Positions 9,666-19,320 of a stretch of DNA of 64,000 nucleotides are shown in pieces (position 1 is the stretch's first letter; the number at the start of each line of letters is the position of its first letter). The position numbers and the translations under genes were made by a program. The notes beneath the pieces are model-generated. The model did no database searches and had not been told where the DNA came from. It was given only the letters and a program-made list of their open reading frames with translations. The stretch spans positions 192,001-256,000 of the forward strand of contig CAVSQW010000012.1 in assembly GCA_963730185.1 (NCBI GenBank), read 5' to 3'. The stretch is from an uncultured Gemmatimonadales bacterium. GTDB lineage: Bacteria; Gemmatimonadota; Gemmatimonadetes; Gemmatimonadales; GWC2-71-9.

Positions 9666-11088
9666 ATGCTGGGAATCCCGTACCCGACCCGCCGGCTCAG
9701 GGCCCGTCACCACCACCAGCTGCTCGTCCGGTTCCGCGACGAGGCGATCGAGAGCGCCGGCAGTCGCATTCTCGCGCGCGAGCATCCCGGCCTGGCGCTC
9801 TTGCACCAGCACGATCGGGCGGGAAGGCTCCGGCGCTTCGTCTCACTGCATCCCCGGGTGCAGTGCGATCTCTCGGCCGATCGCGGCGCCCGGGTGACCG
9901 GCGGGTTCCAAGCCGCGGCGCGCTTCCACCGCCGCGAGGACCTGCTGGGTCACCACGCCCGGGCCTTCCTGGTGGAAGTCGAGTCGAGGACCGCAGACGC
10001 CGTGAGCGACCTCCGGCGAGCCCTGGCGGCCGACCCGAACGTGGAGCACGTGGAGATCGCTCCGATGCGATATCTCTGGGCGGCGCCACCGACGCGCGCG
10101 CCGGACGGGCTTCCCCCGACCCGCCATTGGAACCTGGACCGGATCCACTTCTGGGCCGCCGTCAACCGGAAGGGCTTCAAGAACGCGGACGGGATTCCGG
10201 TGGCGGTGCTCGACTCGGGCGTCCAGACCGACCACCCGGCGCTTCGTCATTCCGTCCACCGCTACATCGTCTCGCGGCACGCCGCGCCGGGACTGGGGCG
10301 CCACGACCTGATCGGCCACGGGACCCACGTGTCGGGCATCATCGCGGCCCGCCGGCGCCGCGCCATGGACCCCCGGGGAATCTGCCAGTGCGACCTCCGG
10401 GTCTGGAAGATCTTCGACGACGAGCCGAGCTACGACGACCAGATCAAGGTCTTCTATTACACCGTGGACATGGCGCTCTACCTCCAGGCGATGGTGGACT
10501 GCCTCCTTCAGCGGGTGAAGGTGATCAACCTGAGCCTCGGTGGACCGGCCAAGCCGGGGCGAAAGAGCCAGGAGCGGATCCTGTACGACGACCTCATCGC
10601 CCAGGGAGCCACCCTGGTGGCCGCGATGGGCAACGCGCGGGCGGCGGGGAGCCCGCCGTCGTATCCGGCCGCGCTGCCGGGGGTGGTGGCGGTCGGGGCC
10701 GTGGGCCTCGACGATCGGGTGGCGCCCTTCTCGAGCCGGGGGCGGCACATCGCGCTCGCGGCGCCGGGGGTCTCGATCTGGTCGACCTTGCCCAACTACG
10801 CCGGGCAAATCGGCTTCCACCCCCGGCGCGGGGTCCGGGGCACCCCCGGGTCGGGGCGGCGATGCCCAGGAACACCGGGGGAGACGCCTGGCCCGGCACG
10901 TCGATGGCGACCCGCACGTGACCGCCGCCGCCGCGCTGCTCCTGGCCAATCGAGGCACCATGAGCGGTTCCGACGTTCGCCAGGCCTTGATGAAGAGCGC
11001 GGGACCGCTGGCCGGCATGAAGCGGAGCCGCTGGACCCCCGATCACGGCGCCGGCATGCTCGATCTCGCCAAGCTGCTCGCCCCCTGA
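9666..11088 (+). CDS. S8 subtilisin-like peptidase, no signal peptide; two frameshifts near the 3' end
   Basis: VAVLDSG, GHGTHVSG, AAMGN in frame 9666; GTSMAT in a second frame (about 10893-10912); PHVTAAAALL...GAGMLD* in a third frame ending 11088. Confidence 0.85.
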
Positions 11089-11122
11089 CTCCAATCCCGC
11101 CGCATCGACCCGGAGTGATCCC

Positions 11123-12623
11123 TTGAGCGCTCCCCAGAAGCCAACCGTCCCGGTCCCGCAGGGCATGCTGTCCGATCTCGATCCGCTCGCGACCCCCGGC
11201 CCGAAGAAGACGGTGGTGGTGCTCGGGGCGGGGCTGGCCGGGCTCTCCGCCGCCTACCAGCTGGTGCGAGCCGGCCACCAGGTCACCGTCGTCGAGGCGC
11301 GCGACCGGGTGGGAGGGCGGATCGAGACCATCCGGACGCCGTTCACGGACGGCCAGTACGCGGAAGCGGGCGCCCTGTTCCTTCCGGCGCACCATCCGCT
11401 CACGATGGGATATGCCCAGCAGTTCAAGCTGCCGCTGGTCACGATCTCAACCTCCAAGGATCCCTGCCTCTGGTACGTGAACGGAGCCCGGATCGCGAAC
11501 CCGACCGACCCCGCCGCGGCCTGGCCGTTCCCGCTCTGGCCCGAGGAACAGAGGGGCGGAATCATCGGGATGATGACCCAGTACGTGCTCGGGCCGGTCG
11601 GGTCGGTCGGCGATCCGCGAGCCGCCGGATGGCCGCCGGCGACCGTGGCCCAGTACGACACCATGTCGCTCTGGGAGCTGCTCCGCTCCCGCGGGGCGTC
11701 ACCGGGCGCGATCAGCATCGTCCGCCGGGGTTACCTCGACCTCTCGGGCGACGGCATCGAAGCCTGCTCGGCGCTGGCCATCCTCCGCGACCTGGCCTCG
11801 CAGAGTGGCGGGATGCCGCCCCACCACCGGATCAAGCCGCCCCCCAACCCGGACGCCGACGATCCCTTGCTCGAGCACAGCATCACCGGCGGGAACGACG
11901 CCTTGCCTCGCGCCTTCGCGGCCCAGCCCGAGCTGGCGGGCAAGATCACCTTGAGCACACCGATCGCCCGGCTCGAAGCCGGCGCCGGCGGCCGGGTGGC
12001 CTGCGTGGCCGCCGACGGCCGGCGGTTCGAGGGCGATCAGGTGATCTGCACCATTCCCTTCTCGGTCCTTCGCACCCTGGACCTGGCCGTGCCCCTCTCC
12101 GACGCCAAGCGCCGGGCGATCGCCCGGCTGGAGCACACGTCCGTAACCCGCACCTTCCTGCAGTGTTCGCGTCGGCTCTGGCGGGAGCGGCAGATGCCGT
12201 GGGTGGCGAACACCGACCTCGACGTGATGTGGCTCAACGAACCGACCGCCGATCAGACCGGCACCCCCGGGATCCTCGAGTCGTTTGCGGCCGGGCCGGC
12301 CGCCCGCCGGTTCGCCGCGATGGCCGAGGCCGACCGGCACCAAGCGGTGGCGGAGGAGATGGATCAGCGTCTATCCCGGGGTCAAGGCGCTGATGCAATG
12401 CGGCGCCTCGAAGTGCTGGGACCAGGATCCCTGGGCCCGAGGCGATTACTGCTGGTTCCTGCCCGGCGACATGCGGGCCCTGGGACCGACCTTGCCGGCG
12501 GCGGAAGGAAACGTGCACTTCGCCGGGGACCACACGTCGGTGATGCCGGGATGGATTCAGGGCGCGTTCGAGAGCGGACACCGGGCGGCGCAGGAGGTCA
12601 ACGCCGCCCCGGCCGGGTCGTGA
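11123..12623 (+). CDS. Flavin monoamine oxidase / L-amino-acid oxidase family protein; one frameshift near 12368
   Basis: GAGLAGL...EARDRVGGR, AEAGA, GGND.LP; C-terminal WDQDPWARG and FAGDHTS..PGWIQGAFESG in a shifted frame; GGAG before TTG. Confidence 0.85.
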
Positions 12624-12630
12624 CGGCGGG

Positions 12631-14016
12631 TCAGTCGGCCGGAGTTCCCAGGAGGAACTCGCCCACCGGCGACTCCGCTTCGTAGCGGGTTCCGATGGCC
12701 TCGAGCAGGAGATCGGCCGGGCCCGAGCCGAGGGCGCAGGGCGCCAGGTTCATGGCGGTGGCGACGAGGTACATGGTCTGGAGCAGCACCCCGACGTCCT
12801 TGAGGACCACCGCGTAGGTGATGCCTTCGTATTTCCAGGACACCCGGCGAAAGCGAGCGGTCAGGACCAGCAGCACCTGGTGTTCGTGGGTCCCGTACTC
12901 GCCCACGTTCACGTGGGCGAGTAGCCGGCGGACCAGCGACGGGTGGCCCAGCGACTCGAGCCCGTGCCGGCCCGGGTCGTAGTGGTAGATCCCCCGAGCC
13001 AGCCCGCGGCACCGGTTCACGGCAAGGTAGATCTCCAGCTCGTAGCAGGCGCCGCCGCCGGGATAGGGCCGGCGGCTGGCCGGATAGAGGAGCTCCTTGC
13101 CGTCGGCGGGGATCGCGGTGTCGAGCCGGGCCGCGCGATGGAGGAACTCGCCTAGCATGTCGCGATCGATCGCGCGACGGGCGTGGCGGCGCCGACTCCG
13201 TCGCGCCTCGAGGACCTCGGTGAAGGAACGGTCGCGACGGCGAAGTCGGGCCAGGTCGGCTCGGGGCAGCGCGATGAAGGCGCCGGCCGCCGGTGGACGG
13301 GTGACTGGCGCGGGCGCCACGTCGCGGAAGGGATAGGTGGCGCCGGTCGGACCGTCGCGGCGGCCGGGCCGGCTCCGGGCGTGAAAGAGGAGATCCACCG
13401 GGCTCCACCCTACCAGATCGGGATCGAGCGCCTCGGCCGCCCTTCCTTCCGGGCACCGGCTCACCAGCTCGGCCGCGGCCAGCAGCTGGACCAGCTCGCC
13501 CGCGACGCGAACGCTCACGCCGGCCGCCGCCGCCAGCTCGGCGACGGTGCCGGGCCGGCTCAGATGCGACACCAGCGCCATGCCCGCCGGCGTGGGCAGC
13601 TCCACTCGAAGGCCGGAGCGCGGGGTCTCGAGCGACCAGCCATCGTCGCGCCGGGTCAGGACGGCGAAGCGGGAGAGCACCATCGGGCCGTCGAGCGGCG
13701 GAGCCGGCGCCACCGGCGCGCCGGCCATCGGGGTGAGCCGAGCCAGCACCCGACGCCGGTGCCGGAGACTGACCACGACGGCGCCGGCCCGGCGGAGCCG
13801 ATGCAGGAAGTGGATCCAGGCCGCCAGCGCGATCGGATCATCGGCGGCTCGCGCCGCCGCCAGCTCGGCCTCGGAGCCGCCGACCGCCAGAACGCGCAAC
13901 GCGCGCCGGACCCCCTGGTCCGGCGCGCGCCACGTGACCGTACGACGGCCCGATCGGACTGCGACGGCCCGCGGCGTCTCGATCGCTCGAGTGCCGGAGG
14001 CCAGTGTGAAGATCAG
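12631..14016 (-). CDS. SagB/ThcOx-family FMN-dependent azoline dehydrogenase with N-terminal extension (start codon uncertain)
   Basis: RRSRR, RRPYPGGGACYELE, GIYHYDP, SWKYE (KY motif), YLVATAMNLAPCALG. Confidence 0.9.
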   Translation of the reverse strand: MIFTLASGTRAIETPRAVAVRSGRRTVTWRAPDQGVRRALRVLAVGGSEAELAAARAADDPIALAAWIHFLHRLRRAGAVVVSLRHRRRVLARLTPMAGAPVAPAPPLDGPMVLSRFAVLTRRDDGWSLETPRSGLRVELPTPAGMALVSHLSRPGTVAELAAAAGVSVRVAGELVQLLAAAELVSRCPEGRAAEALDPDLVGWSPVDLLFHARSRPGRRDGPTGATYPFRDVAPAPVTRPPAAGAFIALPRADLARLRRRDRSFTEVLEARRSRRRHARRAIDRDMLGEFLHRAARLDTAIPADGKELLYPASRRPYPGGGACYELEIYLAVNRCRGLARGIYHYDPGRHGLESLGHPSLVRRLLAHVNVGEYGTHEHQVLLVLTARFRRVSWKYEGITYAVVLKDVGVLLQTMYLVATAMNLAPCALGSGPADLLLEAIGTRYEAESPVGEFLLGTPAD

Positions 14017-14378
14017 CAGACGAGTGTCGCGGTGAACTGCGCCGCGAGCTTTCGGTGGCTCCCCTTGTTCGACTCGCGAATCCCGCGGGGCTTGGGCGGC
14101 ACCACCAGATGGTAGTGGCCCTTCCCTTCCTCGTGAATGTGCACCTTGGCGCCGGGCGGCAAGGTGATGCCTTCCTCCTTGAGCACCTTCTTGGGGTTGG
14201 CCTTGACCCGCTTCCGGTATTCCGGATCGCCCCACATCCCGGCGATGAACCGAGCGTAGCGCTTCTGGTCGCGCGGGGAGCTCTTCTTCGCCTTCTTCGC
14301 GGTCGACCGCTTGGCCGAGGCCTTTCTGGCCGGCCGCTTCGCGGTCTTCTTTGCCGACTTTCTAGTCGTCTTTTTCAT
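14013..14378 (-). CDS. NHLP-leader RiPP precursor peptide, 121 aa, Lys/Arg-rich N-terminus, C-terminal Cys
   Basis: AGGAG 7 nt upstream; FIAGMWGDPEYRKRVKANPKKVLKEEGITLPPGAKVHIHEE...HLVVPPKP fits the nitrile-hydratase-like leader pattern; lies between YcaO and SagB genes. Confidence 0.85.
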   Translation of the reverse strand: MKKTTRKSAKKTAKRPARKASAKRSTAKKAKKSSPRDQKRYARFIAGMWGDPEYRKRVKANPKKVLKEEGITLPPGAKVHIHEEGKGHYHLVVPPKPRGIRESNKGSHRKLAAQFTATLVC

Positions 14379-14439
14379 CCGCCCGCTCCTTGCTGTATGA
14401 GTTGAAGAGCTACGGCATGCGACGGGACCGACGCCGGGG

Positions 14440-14468
14440 GATATAGGCGCATTGCGGATGCGGCGCAA
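14440..14468 (-). promoter_or_regulatory. Possible sigma70 promoter for the precursor
   Basis: TTGCGC-N17-TATATC in the YcaO-precursor spacer; the -10 is imperfect. Confidence 0.3.
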
Positions 14469-14470
14469 GC

Positions 14471-16681
14471 TCAGACGAAGAGCGGCACCGGGTTGAGTAA
14501 CCGCTCCGCGCTCCGTCGACGCCGGTGGCCGAGCCGCACCGGCACGTCGTAGAGACGGCCGGCGCCGAACCGGGCCCAGAAGTGACGGAGCCCCGGTACG
14601 ATCGCCTTGACGACGGGGACCCCGATGTCGGGACGGGTCTGATCGAGGACCAACAGATCGAGTCCGAGCCGCTCGAGCCGCGCCCGACAGGTGCTCAGGT
14701 CGGCCGCGACGCCGCCGCGTGCCAGCGCCAACGAAGTCGGCAACCCAACCCGCCGACCCGGGCGAGGCGAGAGGTGGGGATGCTCGCGAAGGACGGCGTG
14801 CCGGAGCCAACGACCGACCGCGCTCCGCGCCGCTCCAGGCTCGCGGTCCAACTCGAGCGCGGCGGCCAGGAGCTGCCCCATCTCGGCGAGGCTCCGGCGG
14901 AGGGCGACCGCCGGGTCGAGATGGGCGCCCATCCCGAACACGATCCGATCGGCGCCTCGCCCGTTCTCACCCGACAGCGCGACGTAGGTCGGAACGCCAA
15001 CGTCGCTGGTGGCGTCCAGCACCCAGATCCGGCGACCCAGGGTCCGGTACGCGGCGATGAGCCCTCGCACCCAGGGATCGTCGATCCGACCGAGATCCAC
15101 GCCCGGCAGCCGAAGTCGGTTGTACCACCAGATTGCCACGCCATCGCGCTCGATCAGCTCGAGCAGCCCCGCCAGCACCGCGTCTTCGAAAGTCTCGCCA
15201 GCGGCACAGCCGTTGGAGTCAGCCCAGCCGAAGCCGTCGGGCGCGGCCTCCGGATGGCCGAAATAGAGGAGCGCCGTCGGCAGGTAGCGAGGAGCCCGGC
15301 GGGTAAGCGACCAGACCGGGGTCCAGTCGAGGACCGACTCGGGGTCGAACGGCGTGGGCACCCGCGCGGTCGGACCCACGCGCGCGTTCCATCGGCGGCG
15401 GCCGCGATACTGCGCCGGGCTGAAGAGGAGACACTCGTTGGGATGGATGGCGCGATCGCCCAGGGCGCGGAACGTGCTTCGGATCCGGGGCTCGTCGCCT
15501 TGGAACACGCCCGAGTAGCGCTCGATCGCCTCGGCCATGGCGCTGGCCCGCGCTTCCGCGTCGGTGGTTCCCTTCCCGCCGCACTGCATTCGGAGATCGA
15601 CCGACCGCCAGCCGGTTCCGCCCCAGACCCGGGCGCTGTTGGCGCCGGCGGCGTAGGCGTGGACGCCCAACCCGGCCCCGACCTCGAGCGGCGCAAGGTC
15701 CCGGATCACGCCGGTCACGTCATCGACCAGCGCGTCGTGCCGGGCCACGAACACCTCCGGCGGGTCCCGGCGCCGGCCGGTGCCCCAGGACCGGAGCCGC
15801 GGCGCGATGCGAGCGGCGCTCAGGGGGGGCGCGACCCCGACCCGTTCGGCGTAGAGGCCGGCGTCGCCGCAGGCCGGGCATTGCGGCCGGCGGTCCACCC
15901 GATGGCGGCGCACGGACGCGTCGACGAGATCGAAGGTCAGCAGGTGGCGGCTCAGCAGCCCGCCGTCGCCCGTGGCCCACCGCTCGAGCTGCACCGCGAA
16001 GAGACCGATCGCCGCCCGAAGCGAGGCGCCGGTCCACCCGCGGGGCACCGGCCGGTCGCCGGCCTCGATTCGCTCGTCGTCGCGATTGCGGCGCACCCGA
16101 TGGGCCAGGCATTCCCAACAGGCCGTCTCTCCGGGACGAAAGACCGGTCCGAGCCAGGCCACCGTGCCCGTGGCCGCCAGCGGAACCCAGGAGCGCCCGG
16201 TCGTGAGCGCCCGGCGATTATGGGCCGCGAGGCGATCGTCCAGGTAGTCGTCCACGGCCACCAGGTCGAGCGCCGTGGCCCGCTGCCCGACCCGGATCCC
16301 GGCGGCCGCCAGCGCCTTCCGGTACCGGGCTCGTCCAGCCCGGGACCAGAACCGAAGGGTAACCCGGCACGGCACCGCCGCCGCCGACCCGGCGGCGTCG
16401 CGGAACACCTCGGCGGGGCCGACCATCCGTCCCTCCCGGAGATAGCCTCCCGCCTCGAGCCGGATCAGGGCGTAGTACACCTCGGCCGGATCGAAGCGGT
16501 CGGCCAGGCGGTCCACGATCCGGTCGACGGAGCGCCGACCGTCGAGCAGGGGGACCAGGGCGGCGTGGACCGCGCCGTGCCAGACCGCGCTCTCACGCTC
16601 CGACCTGAGCACGACCCGGTCGGGCGCGACCACCCGGGCCCGGAAGCGCGGGGCGAGCCGGGGATGCCGAACCGCCGTCAC
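14471..16681 (-). CDS. Fused TOMM leader-binding/C-protein + YcaO cyclodehydratase
   Basis: N-terminal RRE-like region, GPVFRPGETACWECL and PQCPACG; GKG, EAIERYS, SNGCAAG, ELIERD; C-terminal NPVPLFV (PxP). Confidence 0.93.
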   Translation of the reverse strand: MTAVRHPRLAPRFRARVVAPDRVVLRSERESAVWHGAVHAALVPLLDGRRSVDRIVDRLADRFDPAEVYYALIRLEAGGYLREGRMVGPAEVFRDAAGSAAAVPCRVTLRFWSRAGRARYRKALAAAGIRVGQRATALDLVAVDDYLDDRLAAHNRRALTTGRSWVPLAATGTVAWLGPVFRPGETACWECLAHRVRRNRDDERIEAGDRPVPRGWTGASLRAAIGLFAVQLERWATGDGGLLSRHLLTFDLVDASVRRHRVDRRPQCPACGDAGLYAERVGVAPPLSAARIAPRLRSWGTGRRRDPPEVFVARHDALVDDVTGVIRDLAPLEVGAGLGVHAYAAGANSARVWGGTGWRSVDLRMQCGGKGTTDAEARASAMAEAIERYSGVFQGDEPRIRSTFRALGDRAIHPNECLLFSPAQYRGRRRWNARVGPTARVPTPFDPESVLDWTPVWSLTRRAPRYLPTALLYFGHPEAAPDGFGWADSNGCAAGETFEDAVLAGLLELIERDGVAIWWYNRLRLPGVDLGRIDDPWVRGLIAAYRTLGRRIWVLDATSDVGVPTYVALSGENGRGADRIVFGMGAHLDPAVALRRSLAEMGQLLAAALELDREPGAARSAVGRWLRHAVLREHPHLSPRPGRRVGLPTSLALARGGVAADLSTCRARLERLGLDLLVLDQTRPDIGVPVVKAIVPGLRHFWARFGAGRLYDVPVRLGHRRRRSAERLLNPVPLFV

Positions 16682-19317
16682 CTCGCGACGCTGGTCTGGA
16701 ACGGCACGTCGAGCCGGGGGTCGTCGCGGATGGCGGCGAACGCCGGGTGGGCTCGGAACCAGGCTGGCGAGAGGGTGGAGGGGACGCTCGGCACCGCCCT
16801 GATCTGGTCGATCGCGCCGGCCCGATCGCCGAGGATCAGATCGATCTCGGCCTGCTGGACGACCCAGGCCACCCCCTGGACCGCATCGCGCGCGACCGGC
16901 TGGATCGTCATCGCCGCCTGGCCTTCCTCCATGGCCCGGGCTGAGTCGCCCTCCACGGCGTACACCAGGCCGAGGTCGGCGTGATAGGCCGGCGATCCCT
17001 GATAGACATCGTGACGGGGAAGCAGCACCGCGCGCGACGAATCGAAGTACGGCCGGGCCCGGTCGGGCTGCCCCTTCCAGCGATAGTACTCGCCCTTCGC
17101 CAGGTAGAAGGCCGCGGAGTCTACCGGCAGATGGGCCAGCGAGAGACGCTCGAAGGCACCACCCAACTGCCGGTCCAGGAAGGCCAGGTGCCAGCGAAGT
17201 CGCGGGATCAGGGCCACGAACAGCGCGGTGGTGTCCGAGTGCGCCACCGCCTCGTGCATCGCTTCGTGCGCCTTGGCGGTGTCGCCATCCCGGGCCATGG
17301 CCAGGTGCGACAGCGAGTGGTAGGCCGCCACGAAGCCCGGCGCCAGGCTCGCGGCCCGCCGGTACGACTCCTCCGCCGCGTCGTACTGGCGGAGCATCTG
17401 TTCGGTCGCGCCGACTTCCATGGCGTAAGCGGGCGAGAGCGGATCGAGCTGGGCCGCCCGCTTGGCATAGTCGAGCGACTGCTCCACCTGGCCGCGCCGG
17501 CGGACCACCGAGCCCATCAGCCAGAGCAGCTCGCTGTTGTTCGGCTGGGCCGACTTCGCCTCCGAGAACTCCACCAGGGCCCGGGCCAAGTCGCCCTGCA
17601 CCCAGTAGTAGAGATAGCCGCGGGCCAATCGCGCCTCGGCGGCGGTGGAATCGAGCGCCAAGGCATGATCCACCGCCTGGCTCGCCAGCCGCTGCCGCTC
17701 CGGCGAGCGGTCGAAGAGGTAGAAGTACATCGACTGGAGCTCGCCCAGCTTGGCGAACGCGTCGAGAAAGGTCGGATCCAGGGTCGTGGCCCGGGAGAAC
17801 TCCGCGATCGCCTGGCGCATCGGGCCTTCGGCGTAGCGCTGGTTGTCGAGCGCCTCGCCCCGGAGGAAGGCCTCGTAGGCGGACATGTCGTGGGTGAGCG
17901 CCGTCTGCCGGGTGGCCCGCTCGGAGCCGACCAGGCGGACGTTGAGCTGGGCGGCCACCTGCTCCGCGATCGAGGCCTGCACTTTGAAGATCTCGCCCGG
18001 GGCGAGCGCCACGGTGTAGCTCTGGGTCCAGAGATCGTGGCCGTCGCTCACCTGGACCAGGTGAGGCACGACCCGGACCTCGCCGGAGCCGTCCGGGTGC
18101 CGCTCGGTCTGGACCGATCCGGTCAGCACGTACCCGACCCCGAGCTCCTGTCCGACCTCCCGAAGGGAGCGATCGCGGCCGGCAAAGTGGGCGGCGCTGG
18201 CCCGGGAGATGGTGCCGAGCCCGTTGATGCTCCCGATCCGGCTGGTGATCTCGTCGGTGAGCCCGTCGGCGAAGTGCTGGTCGTCCGGCGTGCCCAGGTT
18301 CTCGAGCGGCAGGACCGCGATCATCGGCGTGGCCTCGACCGCGGGCCGGGCGGGGCGAAGCAGGATGTAGCCGGCTCCGCCCCCCAGCACCACCAGGGCC
18401 CCCGCGGCGAGGAGCCAGCGGCGTCCCAAGCTCCGGCCGGCCGCCGGCGGGGCCGCGACCTCGACCGTGACCGGCCCGGCGGACGCCCGGGCCAGGGCGT
18501 CGGCGAACTCGAGCGCCGACTCGTAGCGGTCGGCCGGCACCTTGGCCATCGCCTTCTCGAGCACGCCCTGCACGGCCGTCGGGATCGCGCTCCGCACGGT
18601 GCGGACGCTCGGCACCGGATCCAGCGAGTGCCGGGCCAGCACGGCCATCGCCGACGGACCGCGAAACGGCGGCTCGCCGACCAGCATCTCGTAGGTCACG
18701 CAGCCCAGGCTGTAGACGTCGCTTCGGGCGTCGATCTGATCGACGCTGCTGGCCTGCTCCGGACTCATGTACTCGGGCGTGCCGATCGCCACGCCGGTTT
18801 GCGTCATCCGGTCGCCGCCGGCGGCCGAGACCGCCTTGGCGATCCCGAAGTCGGTGACGACCGCGGTCCCGCCGCTCAGGAGGATGTTCTCCGGCTTGAT
18901 GTCGCGATGGATCAGACCCTGGCCGTGCGCGTGGCTCAGCGCCAAGGCCACCTCGCGAGTGATCCGGCTGGTCTCGTCGAGCGTCAACGGACCGGTCCGG
19001 GCCAGCCGTTCGCGCAGGGTCTCGCCTTCGACGAACGGCATCACGTAGTAGAGGAGCCCTTGGGACTCGCCCGACTCGAAGAGCGGGACGATGTGCGGGT
19101 GCTGGAGTCCGGCGGCGATGCTGATCTCCCGGGCGAACCGGTCGGGCCCAAGCGCCGCCGCCAGCTCGGGCCGGAGCACCTTGACCGCCACCCGTCGGCC
19201 GAGGCGGACGTCCTCGGCGAGGTAGACGGTCGCCATCCCGCCGCGGCCGAGCTCGCGCTCGACCCGGTAGCGCCCGCTCAGGGCCTCGGTGACGCGGGTC
19301 TGGGCGTCGGACGACAT
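16678..19317 (-). CDS. Hanks-type Ser/Thr protein kinase with TM segment, TolB-N-like and TPR regions
   Basis: LGRGGMATV, VAVK, HRDIKPEN, DFG, GTPEYMSPEQ; IAVLPLENL. Confidence 0.93.
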   Translation of the reverse strand: MSSDAQTRVTEALSGRYRVERELGRGGMATVYLAEDVRLGRRVAVKVLRPELAAALGPDRFAREISIAAGLQHPHIVPLFESGESQGLLYYVMPFVEGETLRERLARTGPLTLDETSRITREVALALSHAHGQGLIHRDIKPENILLSGGTAVVTDFGIAKAVSAAGGDRMTQTGVAIGTPEYMSPEQASSVDQIDARSDVYSLGCVTYEMLVGEPPFRGPSAMAVLARHSLDPVPSVRTVRSAIPTAVQGVLEKAMAKVPADRYESALEFADALARASAGPVTVEVAAPPAAGRSLGRRWLLAAGALVVLGGGAGYILLRPARPAVEATPMIAVLPLENLGTPDDQHFADGLTDEITSRIGSINGLGTISRASAAHFAGRDRSLREVGQELGVGYVLTGSVQTERHPDGSGEVRVVPHLVQVSDGHDLWTQSYTVALAPGEIFKVQASIAEQVAAQLNVRLVGSERATRQTALTHDMSAYEAFLRGEALDNQRYAEGPMRQAIAEFSRATTLDPTFLDAFAKLGELQSMYFYLFDRSPERQRLASQAVDHALALDSTAAEARLARGYLYYWVQGDLARALVEFSEAKSAQPNNSELLWLMGSVVRRRGQVEQSLDYAKRAAQLDPLSPAYAMEVGATEQMLRQYDAAEESYRRAASLAPGFVAAYHSLSHLAMARDGDTAKAHEAMHEAVAHSDTTALFVALIPRLRWHLAFLDRQLGGAFERLSLAHLPVDSAAFYLAKGEYYRWKGQPDRARPYFDSSRAVLLPRHDVYQGSPAYHADLGLVYAVEGDSARAMEEGQAAMTIQPVARDAVQGVAWVVQQAEIDLILGDRAGAIDQIRAVPSVPSTLSPAWFRAHPAFAAIRDDPRLDVPFQTSVAR

Positions 19318-19320
19318 CGG

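Noticed and set aside
14017..14235. ORF-track N-terminal extension of sagB
   Set aside because: Overlaps the precursor gene in another frame and is not protein-like
14013..14378. Precursor as a nitrile hydratase alpha subunit
   Set aside because: Lacks the CxxCSC metal site and there is no beta subunit gene
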